From positions 50,778,001-50,842,000 of the forward strand of contig NC_043004.1 in NCBI RefSeq assembly GCF_006345805.1: DNA of 64,000 bases. Direction: 5' to 3'. The first letter of the stretch is position 1, and each line of letters starts with the position of its first letter. The position numbers and the translations under genes are program-made. A model generated the notes under the pieces. It was not told the DNA's origin. It worked only from the letters and a program-made list of their open reading frames with translations, and made no database searches. Below are positions 51,150 to 61,538 of this stretch, piece by piece. Source of the stretch: Octopus sinensis (Eukaryota).

Positions 51150-51720
51150 GCGGCGAGCTGGCAGAAACGTTAGCACGCCGGGCGAAAATACGCAGCCGTA
51201 TTTCGTCTGCCGTTACGTTCTGAGTTCAAATTCCGCCGAGGTCGACTTTGCCTTTCATCTTTTCGGAGTTGATAAATTAAGTACCAGTTACGCACCGGGG
51301 TCGATGTAATCGACTTAATACCTTTGTTTGTCCTTGTTTGTCCCCTCTATGTTTAGCCCCTTGTGGGTAATAAAGAAATAGAAATAAGTATTTCGTCTGA
51401 CGGTATGTTCTCAGTTCAAATTCCGCCGAGGTGGACTTAGTCATTCATCTTATTCACATTAATTTTTCCTTTTTTTTTTTGTGGAGGCGCGTGGTTGGGT
51501 TGTCTGCATCATGATCGTAAGATTGTGGTTTCAATTCCTGAACCGGGCGACGCGTTGTGCTCTTGAGCAAAACACTTCATTTCACGTTGCTCCAGTCCAC
51601 TCAGCTGGCAAAAATGAGTAACGCTGCGATGGACTGGCGTCCCGTCCAGCTGGGGAGCACATACGCCATAGAAACCGGGCCCATGAGCCTGGCTAGGCTT
51701 TAAAAGGGCGCATTTATTTA
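51150..51720 (+). mobile_element. SINE family B (1.3 units) followed by SINE family D (51481-51720)
   Basis: Heads gcggcgagctggcagaaacg and gtggaggcgcgtgg. Confidence 0.85.
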
Positions 51721-51726
51721 TTATTT

Positions 51727-51798
<72 letters not shown>

Positions 51799-52340
51799 TT
51801 ATTGTTAACATATTCAATAGAGTGCGCTAGCTCGAAATATACGTGATATGACAGTCTGGTAGATAGGTAAGTTAATCTTTATATTAAAAGCCATGATGAA
51901 TTGAAAGGCTAAAATTTATAAGAACTAGCATTTGTTGAAAGGTAAGTAAATCTAGTCTACTGTAGTTATCTCCCTTAACCCACTAGCTTGTTTTTTTACG
52001 ACTGCTTCTCGATGTAGGAATTGCCCGCTACATTTACATGGTTTGGTTATATGAGCGTCTGGGATTGAAAGAGTTCTCGGCACTGTAGAAGAATAATCAT
52101 CTTTTTTGTCGTATTAGTCCTTAGCTACTCTGTGCTTTGTCTGTGGTTGCATAGGTGAAACTCAGAGTAGCAAGACAAAGGCTCGGCACATTCTCCCTTG
52201 TCAGTCAAACGATAAGTGATTTCTCGTGGCTAAGAATTGTTTTGACTCTTATTTCTAGCAAAGCTGGTGCTAACTAGTACCCTTGTCACTTTAGTGACGT
52301 CTATAGTTTTTGCCTTTCGGTTATAAATTGTGAATAGCCA

Positions 52341-52800
52341 CCTTTATATATATATATTTTTATATTAAGGGCATTACTATACATAAATGCCTCACGCTAC
52401 GAAGGACTCTTAAAGTCAAAACTACCATAATAAACAAATTTTGTTTATTATGGTAGCTTTGACTTTAAGAGTCCCTCCTAGCGTGAGGCATTTATGTATA
52501 GTAATGCCCTTAATATAAATAAATATATTTAAAGGGAATAATAAATAAATTTTTCCCTTATAAGGTTTCTCACGCTAACTACTTAAAGATTTTGTATGTG
52601 ACCATGTGTGTATCGTTGGCGATTTTCTTTCTCCATCTTCCCTTCATTGGACTTTTTCTATATTTCTGATGAAGAGCTCCGCTCGAAACGTTAAATCCTC
52701 TTTCTTTTCTTTCCTTTCCTAAGCGTCCAATAATACTGTACTTGTACCACGTCCTCGCGTTGTTGTTTTTTTCTTGCTTGTTCTTGTTTGGATTGACTAT
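52341..52800 (+). mobile_element. Penelope-type terminus: 5' fold-back (52358-52519) plus hammerhead, between TA tracts
   Basis: ~81 bp arms with a 1 nt loop. Hammerhead at 52662-52696. The 3' part is homologous to 14820-14950 and 39260-39450. Confidence 0.8.
52662..52696 (+). ncRNA. Minimal type I hammerhead with extra A after the CUGAUGA box
   Basis: attt CTGATGA A GAGC tcc GCTC GAAA CG TT aaat. Confidence 0.78.
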
Positions 52801-52839
52801 ATATGTATTTAGAGATTTATTATTGCTATATATATATAA

Positions 52840-52901
<62 letters not shown>

Positions 52902-52958
52902 ATATATAGATATATATATATATATATATTAAATTATATATATATATATATTAATATA

Positions 52959-53004
<46 letters not shown>

Positions 53005-53163
53005 GTATATATATATGATATATATATATAAATTATGTGAAATAGAGAGATGAATAATCTTGTAGTAGATTAATCAAAAGTTTAACCGATACCTTAGTAG
53101 CAAAAATCACAGCAGTAAACATACCGCTTCGTCAAGAAACTGCTACTTTAACCGATACCAATA

Positions 53164-55862
53164 ATGGAGTTGTTCGAGATTGATGCGTCCCTTAAGGATA
53201 TTCCTATACCACCAAAGGATGCCTTCCTTAAGGAGTTGGTTTGTAAAACCAACGCATTCATAAACCGGATAAGATGGCTCATTTTCTTCCACGAGAACGA
53301 AGATCTAAAATCGAACCGGACAACAGCATCGTCCGAATACGGCCGGCTTTTTAAAACATTGGATACGCCGCCACCGAACCCAAGACTGAAGAAGTTTGAG
53401 GACGACTTGTGGGACATAGTTAGAAAGATTAAGTTCAGGAAGTCACCCAGGAGAAATGCCCACCTCAGATACCTAGATAAAATTACCCAGGACATTAATA
53501 GAACGGACGGAGTCCTGGTCCAGTCCGACAAGACCAGGAACACATACAAGATGCCCATTAAAGCAGTACCTAGATTTACTCGGTAAAGAGATCAAGAAAA
53601 ATTAGAAAAACCAATTGGAGTACCCTGAGGAAGGTAAACTTGGAAATTAAGGAAATAATATTTAAACACCGAATTCAAATGAGAACTCAGCCGCTTAGCC
53701 CCAAGCAACCCAGATTTATAGTGAAGGACCATAAACCTAACTTCCACACCAACCCAGCGCTAAGACTCATATGCCCTGCTAGATCTGATATCGGGATAAT
53801 CAGTAAGTACATAGATAAATATATCCCTAGTTTAGTAAACAAGCTGAAGCTCAGCCTCTGGGCAACTCCTCGCAGGTAGTGAAGTGGTTCTCTTCCATCC
53901 CAATAAGAACCGTACTAGGTTCATTCAGTTTGATATCGCCAGCTTCTACCCCTCGATTAACCCTAGTGTGCTAAATAAGGCCCTCTGGCATGCTCACAAC
54001 AAGGCTGGCCTCACCAGAGAAGAGATAGATATCATTTTAGTTGCCAGGAAATCGTTTATTAAGTTCGATAATAAGTTGTGGATCCGTAAAGATACTCCCA
54101 ATGAATTTGATGTGCCTATGGGTAGTTCGGATAGTCGAAGTGCGCATAGCCGATTTGGTCGGAATAATATATTCTCTACGAATTGTCCGACCAATTCCCG
54201 GAGATCGCGGGCGGCCTGTATCGTGACGATTGTCTGTTTTACCTGCAAAACACCACGAACAGAATAGTGCAAAAAAACTAAGAGCAGGTTAGCTAGGTTT
54301 TTTAATAGAATGGGCATGAGTATAGTTTTTGATAATGAACTCACCAAGGCTAATTTCCTAGACGTTACACTTAACCTTAATAGCGACTCATACTGCCCTT
54401 ACCATAAGCCTTCCAAATTTGAAGTATGTCGTGTCTTCTCAATCATGCCAAACCGTAACAGACAATTTGGTTAAAAACATCTCTCTAAGATTGTCTGGCT
54501 TGTCCGCCAGTGCCGATATTTTTTATGCAGAAAGCGGAATTTTATAACGCGCCCACTATCCAAGGCCGGTTATAGCAAGAAGGTAATTTATATTGATCCG
54601 GCCCTTCCGATGCCATCATTCGGTCATCAGGATAGGCCGCCGTATAATAACATTAACATTTTAAGTAAGGACGGGAGCGCGGCGGATGCCGGGGTAGTCG
54701 CTCCCGCATTTAATTTAGCGAACAAGGATAATTATCGGTCCGGGAGGTCTTACACTAACCCAAGACCCGTTATTCATCCGAGAATCACCCACCCGAATGC
54801 GAGAGCTGGCGTCCCAACCCATCACACTGATAGGAATAAGCATATATGGTTTGTAATCCCCTTTGGTAAGCAGATTAGAACTAACCTCCCCCTCATGTTT
54901 AGACAAGCCATCGCCAATAACTTCCCCAGAAATTCCAAATATTACTCCACGGTTAACTCGCATAAAGTTATTAGGATAGCTTTCTCCAACACTAAAAACC
55001 TCGCCCAGATAATCGCCTCCCATAATAATAGCTACTTACTAAGACCCTATCACCTTTTTCCGGAGGCACAGCCTCTTCCGCTCCCGGTTTAATGCTCAGT
55101 AGGAATAATTATAGTAGTAATAATGATATGAGAGCCAGTACAGTGACACATAATCTCAGCTCCAGCCAGGGAGTACCCACTAGGGTATAGTTATAAATAG
55201 GGTGTTGTGGTTGACGGTAACAATGGAGTAGGGTAGAGAGCCCCAATAGCATCCCCAGCATCATTCCCGCATAGCGCACCACGCTAGCAGCACAGGAGTA
55301 GCAATGACACTCTGATAGATAGTGGAGAATCAGGGGATTATTATTCCTATAGTTAATAGTGACTAGTAGTGGAAAATAGGGTAGTAAGCGGCTGCAGATC
55401 TCGGAACGAATATAAGTGACAGGAACGCAGTTCTAATTTCAGAAACTAATCCTAGCAGATTAAGATTCACGTCGGCGAACTCCAAGATCAAAAACGCCGT
55501 CTACCAATGCAAGGTTTACACGGACTCAGATGTCTTCACTTATGTAGGGGCATCATCCTCAAGATTGTCTTTGCGTGTCTCCAACCATTACGCAACTTTT
55601 CGGGACGTGAACAAGCGCCAGACCACGGGACTCAGTAGTAAGCTAATATGGCGATGAAGGATACGAACTTAAGCTATAGGCTGGAATGGTCAATTTTGTC
55701 GGTGTGGCCCTCCCATTTGATAGGGGCAGAAGACAGTGCAACCTTTGTGTCTCCGAACTCTTCCATATTTTGTTTGCCAGAGGCCGGATGGTAAACGGGC
55801 TCTTACAGTCGGCTTTTCGATGCCCCCATTGGCGGCGTTACACTTATCTGGCTTTTAAATAG
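53164..55862 (+). mobile_element. Penelope-like retroelement, Naiad-like, RT + C-terminal GIY-YIG, frameshifted
   Basis: SLKDIPIP, SDKTRN, FIQFDIASFYPSI, FDVPMGSSD, GLYRDD, FLDVTLNL, HIWF..PF, AVYQCKV...TYVG, EWSIL and CNLCVSE; stop at 55860-55862. Confidence 0.88.
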
Positions 55863-56449
55863 CGTTTATAAATAATACCGGCACCCATAGCCCTTGGTAA
55901 CAAATCTGAAATAGCTTTAAGATATCTACGATTAACCACTGCAAGGGGAATTACTCCTGTAAGATAAACGGGGCTTGGTTTTTTCACAGCGGGGGGTTCC
56001 TTGACAAGGCAGGCTTAGATGAAACACCACACACACATAAAAAACATATATATATATATATTTTTTCTTTCTGCCACCAACGGTTATCACGGCAGTAGCC
56101 ACTGACAGCCGAACGATCAAACGCACACACGTACACAAAAAATGTTTTCTACCCCTACGCCAACACACAATATATAGAACAGTATACACACACACACGTC
56201 TCTAAGTAGATTTTTTCTCGCCCCTTATAAAACATCCAATATCCTTAAATAGTCAGAACTTTATGCTCGGTCACAAAGAACATCTATACACCCTCACCCA
56301 CATGATTGACCGATGCCTGACCGTTGAATTCTTCAGCCACCGGTTCAAACATACACTGATAACAGTTTCGCCATGGGCTCTTAGGAGCATAGTTCGATTT
56401 GCTTTTGCTCGCCTCTGTTCTGTTTTTGTTTTTCCAGCGGATTTCCTTT

Positions 56450-56536
56450 TTCTTCCTGAAGAGAAAGACACAATATGGTCCCATTATTCAATCGGATTTT
56501 GGTAATTTGTGCCTTTCGAAACACGTGTAGAATGAA
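56450..56536 (+). ncRNA. Type I hammerhead ribozyme with extended stem II
   Basis: ttcttc CTGAAGA gaaagacacaa...ttgtgcctttc GAAA CACGTG TA gaatgaa. Palindromic stem III ACACGUGU, GUA site. The element runs into (TA)n at ~56600. Confidence 0.88.
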
Positions 56537-56590
56537 ATAAAACGATTTCTGTTCAATCTGCGTTCAGCTCCATTTCTTCAATTCACCAAT

Positions 56591-56667
<77 letters not shown>

Positions 56668-58699
56668 ATACATACATACATACATACATACATACATACA
56701 TACATACATACATACATACATACATTCATGTGAGTGTTTTTTGTGGTTTTGTCCCCCACTGGTGCTCGAGAACTGGTGTTGGTTTGTTTACATCCCTGTA
56801 ACTTAGAGGTTCGGCAAAAGAGACCGGTAGAATAAGTACTGAGGTCAATTAGCTTCACTCAAAACCCCTTGAAAACGGTGCCACGACAATGTCACAACAG
56901 GGCCACGGCAGAGTCACAGCAGGGCCACAGTCCAATGACTAAAATTAAGTAAAAGATAAAAGATATATGTATGTGCGTGTGTGTGTGTATGTGTGTGTGT
57001 CTGTATGCATACATACAAGTACGCGCGTGGGAGAGATAGAAAGTTATACCGAAAATAATACAAAAGTGTGTATAACGTTTTTATTAACTGATATAGGATC
57101 CTTGGAATCGCACCTGTCTGCAGTGTAACTCTTCTGCTGTACAAAGGTACCATTCAACATAGTCTTCATCACAAGGCAAGAGATGCATTTGCACCATCGT
57201 TGACCCCCTAGTCTCATATCTGTTTTGATAAAAGTCCAGGTGTGTACGGTTTTACCCACTTCTTCAAAGTCCCTTTCATCACTTTCCCCTCCAGGCGAAA
57301 GACAGAAATAAATAAATTTAAAAAAAGAATCGATTCCAGTATGAGATTAGTAGTTCATTTATCGACCCAGAAATAATAAAAAGAATGAAGTTGATTTTGG
57401 TGGTATTTGAACTCAGAGTGCTGGGACAATTACCACGCTACAAACTGTCCGACGGTCTAACGACTCCTCCAGTCGGACACTCGATCAATAGAGGTTAGGC
57501 GCAATTAAAATCTATGATATTATATGCGATGAATATTTTCAACAAACCATGTAGATATTTCTGAAATTTGATCTGGACATTTACGTACATCCTTAAGATA
57601 AGAATAATCTTTTCTACTCTAGGTACAAGGCCAGAAATTGGGGGGGGGGGCAGTCGATTAGATCGACCCCAGTATGCAACTGACCCTGAAAAGATGAAAG
57701 GCAAAGTCGACCTCGGCGGAATTTGAACTCAGAACGTAACGGCAGACGAAATATCTATTTCTTTACTACCCACAAGGGGCTAAACACAGAGAGAACAAAC
57801 AAGGACAGACAGACAGATTAAGTCCTGGGCGGGGGGTCTATTCATTCGATTAAAAATTCAAGGTGGTGCCCCAGCATGGCTGCATTATAATGTCTGAAAC
57901 AAGTAAAAGAAAAAAAAAAAGACAGATGCAGTTCTGCCAGTATTGCTGTCTCTTGTTTATACTCAAACATATCTGTCTTCTGCCGGGTTAAAAATCCAGT
58001 TTGTATTACCAATGGATTTCATAGAAAACATTCGAGAAAGGCTAAACTACTAGGATGTCCTTTGTACTGGTTCTAACAAGATTTAATTGGTATTGTTAGA
58101 GAGAGTGTTTATGGGAAAGGTTTCTCTTTCTATATCAGTGGTCAAATTTTCCAAATATGTTATTGATAACCTTGACTAAGTTTTCTCCCACATTTCTCAA
58201 GTTTCTTTTAAAAGACAATCAAAGCGTGCACAGGGTTATACAGCGACTACATAGTGATTTGTCAGTTCATGATAGAGGAGGAAATCTAGAAACATGATAT
58301 AGGTGAATTACTGAAATAAAAAGTGACCAGGCTCGAGAGCAAGTCTCTAGGCTACATACATACATACATACATACATACATACATACATACATACATACA
58401 TGATGATGGTTGCCCCCTCGTTATCGAGTATGGCCATTGCACGAAGCTTAACTGTTATTGGTGCTGTGATCGAATGTGACTTTTATTTGCTTTTTAAGGC
58501 TACAGCCAGCCATTCAGTTGAGACTCACAGCGCCATCAACAATCATGAATTAGTTAATCAATTTAATCAATCAATCAATGTTGTTATCGAGCAATGCCTG
58601 TGCAAGATTTTTTTTTAAAGTGAGGAAAGGCTATGCACTGAGTCAATTCCACTCACTAAGCAACAGCAGCCATAATCCGAAAAGAAGAACAAGTCAACA

Positions 58700-59075
58700 T
58701 CATCGGTAACCACTGAACCGCAGGTTTTATGTCAGAGTTATCCCAGTTACCTGAGTTACCTTCTCCTAGAAGGATGCCCTAACAAAGGCTAGGAGTCCTT
58801 CACTCCCAATGGTTTAACTGCGCGATCGGGTATTCAGTCCGATTATTTCTGTGTCCCCGCGCATAATAAAGCCTTAAGACATTTATTGGATGGCCGTTGA
58901 CTCTCAAGAGTTCCTCCGCCCTTTGACAGGTTTTGTTTTTCATCCCGCAGGGTGTCCAATAAACACCCTCCTCACCAAGCAAGCTTGGTGGGGTTGCCGG
59001 TTTAGTCATCGACTGCTCGACCATGCAACAGGTTGTACTGGGTTACATGTTACCAGTAGCACTCGAAAGTGACCT
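58700..59075 (-). mobile_element. RTE-like 5' UTR fragment
   Basis: Minus strand contains tagcctttgttagggcatccttctaggagaagg, resembling RTE 5' regions. Tentative. Confidence 0.4.
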
Positions 59076-59311
59076 GACATAATACATACATACATACATA
59101 CATACATACATACATACATACATACATACATACAAACGTACATACATACATACAGACATTGGCTGTGAGGTAAAAAGCTTGCTTCCCAACCACATGATTC
59201 CGGGTTCAATCCCACAGCGTGGCACCTTAGGCAAGTATCTTCTAATATAACCTCAGGCCGACCAAAGTCTTGTGAGTGGATTTGGTAGACGAAAACTGAA
59301 AAAAGCTCGTC

Positions 59312-59400
<89 letters not shown>

Positions 59401-59455
59401 TTAGTGAGGGAAGAAATGGAGCTGAACGAAGATTTTACAAAATTCCTTTTTATTA

Positions 59456-59533
59456 TTTTCTACATATGTTTCAAAGGCTGCAAATTCCCTAATTGAATAA
59501 AGAGACCATTTTGCAGCCTTCTCTTCAGGAAAA
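59456..59533 (-). ncRNA. Type I hammerhead ribozyme with extended stem II
   Basis: Minus strand: ttttc CTGAAGA gaaggctgcaaa...tttgcagccttt GAAA CATATG TA gaaaa. All three helices are intact. Confidence 0.9.
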
Positions 59534-59562
59534 TCCAGGAACTTAAATCTCCAAATAAATGC

Positions 59563-59638
59563 GCAGCAAGATTTTCGAACAAACGCTCTCTAGGAGCCCA
59601 TGGGCTCCTAGAGAGCGTTTGTTCGAAAAGCTTGCTGC
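59563..59638. repeat. 76 bp loop-less palindrome at the 5' end of the hammerhead element
   Basis: Centre ccca|tggg at 59600/59601; one mismatch. Confidence 0.95.
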
Positions 59639-59639
59639 C

Positions 59640-60040
59640 AGGACTTATTCTTTGTAAGCCTAGTACTTATTCTCTCGGTCTCTTATGCCGAACTGCTAAG
59701 TTACGGGGACGTAAACACACCAGCATCGGTTGTCAAGCGATGCTGATGGACAAACACAAACATACAAACATACACACACACACACACACACATACACACA
59801 CACACACATACACACACATACACACACACACACACACACATACACACACACACACACACACATACACACATGTATTTATACAACGGGCTTCTTTCAGTTT
59901 TCCGTTTACCAAATCCGTTCACAAGGCTTTGGTTGGCCTGAGGCTATAGTAGAAGACACTAGGTGCCACGCAGTGCGACTGAACCCAGAACCATGTGGTT
60001 GGTAAGCAAGCTACTTACCACACAGCCACTCCTACGCTAT
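59640..60040 (-). mobile_element. SINE family A, 3'-truncated at the palindrome
   Basis: Reverse complement of family A. Confidence 0.85.
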
Positions 60041-60713
60041 ATGCATATATATGTATATATATACGCACACATATATAAAGTTCCAAAATTACATCAGAAT
60101 GTGACAGCCTACGCTGGGTGTTGCCTTGGGGTGGACTGTTCATAACTGTGAGGTAGATTAAGTTGTTCGATGTTTACTTAAGGATGTGTTGAACTTGGAA
60201 CCATGTACGTGGAGTGATAAGTGTATTTGTATATTAGTTTAAATATCTTGAGATCATAGTCGAAAATTATTGTTAAGTATGAATGGTGCGGAACAATCCT
60301 TAATTCTACACGTTTGTATTATTAATAGATTTGACTGAAATTACTAAAGTTAAATTGTTGCGATTGACTTTTGTATTGATTTGAGCAAATAACTTAAATG
60401 ATATGGTTAAAGAGAGAGGTTACACTTTTGAGGATGGGTTAATATTTTTGTGCAGAGGTCAAGTTACAACTCATCTAATGAGTAGCTTTTGTTGTGAATT
60501 GGAAACACGCACACACGTACGAGCGCTCGCGCGCACCCAGTGTGTCTAGAAATATCGAACTCTATCAGTAAAAGGGCCAATAGGACTACACATCTACCTT
60601 GCCAACCCTAAGTAAAACCGTTCGTTGTGAGGTCCATAAAGCTGGATATTATGTGGGAGGACTGTAGTTGCTAAACCTCATCTCTCACCCATCTACGTTG
60701 ATAAGCAGAAAAA

Positions 60714-60960
60714 ATGGTGCTTAGAAAAAATGGTGATCAGTGGCTCAATGAAACAATCATCTCTGATGAAACGTCATTCAGCGTGTTTTTCTCACTTGGG
60801 GGACAAGCTTATGTCTGGAGACAAACGAAAATAGCCTTCAGGCCTGACTTTGGATCCAACCGTGAAGTACGGGGACGGCTCTGTGATGATGGGCAGCCAT
60901 ATCACGGAATTCTCATGGCAGAGTTAACGTCAAAAGTTATCTGAGTATTTTGGCTGATCG
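60714..60960 (+). mobile_element. Tc1-like transposase remnant
   Basis: IISDETSFSVF...AYVWR resembles the Tc1 first-Asp motif. Confidence 0.55.
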
Positions 60961-61079
60961 TGTCCATTGCTAGGATCCTAACAGGTGCTACTATTCCGGG
61001 TCAGGGTACACCTGGGAACAATAGGGGCTAATGGGTGGTTCTATACTACTCAAAACCGTGGAAGCCATGAATCAGGGTC

Positions 61080-61497
61080 AAGCGAGCTGGCAGAAACGTT
61101 AGCACGCCGGGCGAAATGCGTAGCTGCATTTCGTCTGCCGTTACGTTCTGAGTTCAAATTCCGCTGAGGTCGACGTTGTCTTCCATCCTTTCGGGGTCGA
61201 TTAAATAATTACCAGTTACGCACTGGGGTCGATATAATCGACTTAATCCCTTGGTCTGTCCTTGTTTGTTCTCTCTGTGTTTAGCCCTTTGTGGGTAGTA
61301 AAGAAATAGGTATTTCGTCTGCCGCTACGTTCTGAGTTCAAATTCTGCCGAGGTCGACTTTGCCTTTCATCCTTTCGGGGTCGATAAATTAAATACCATT
61401 TACGCACTGGGGTTTGATGCAATCGACTTAATCCCTTTGTCTATCTTTGTTTGTCCCCTCTGTGTTTAGCGCCTTGTGGGCAATAGAGAAATAAAAT
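61080..61497 (+). mobile_element. SINE family B, head plus two tandem body units
   Basis: Junction aaagaaatag|gtatttcgtctgccg at ~61310. Confidence 0.88.
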
Positions 61498-61538
61498 AAG
61501 ATAGGCAGGCAGACAGACAGGCAAATAGATAGATAGAT

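Noticed and set aside
52000-52320. Possible RNase H remnant of an I-group LINE (minus strand, PNHVNVAGN)
   Set aside because: Too degenerate, with multiple stops, to call by eye.
55387-55449. GCRSRNEYK-TGA, a possible selenocysteine codon as reported for some Naiad elements
   Set aside because: It is out of frame with the GIY-YIG motifs and followed by a TAA ten codons later. The element has many other disruptions, and no convincing SECIS was found downstream.
58930-59030. Two adjacent hairpins in the RTE-like 5' fragment as an HDV-like ribozyme
   Set aside because: Could not build the nested P1-P2-P3-P1.1-P4 pseudoknot.
1414-59638. All hairpins being library or assembly fold-back artefacts
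   Set aside because: Not favoured: several arms carry transition or CpG-type mismatches, and the hairpins are consistently linked to ribozyme motifs and TA tracts. It is not excluded for the perfect 47132 hairpin.
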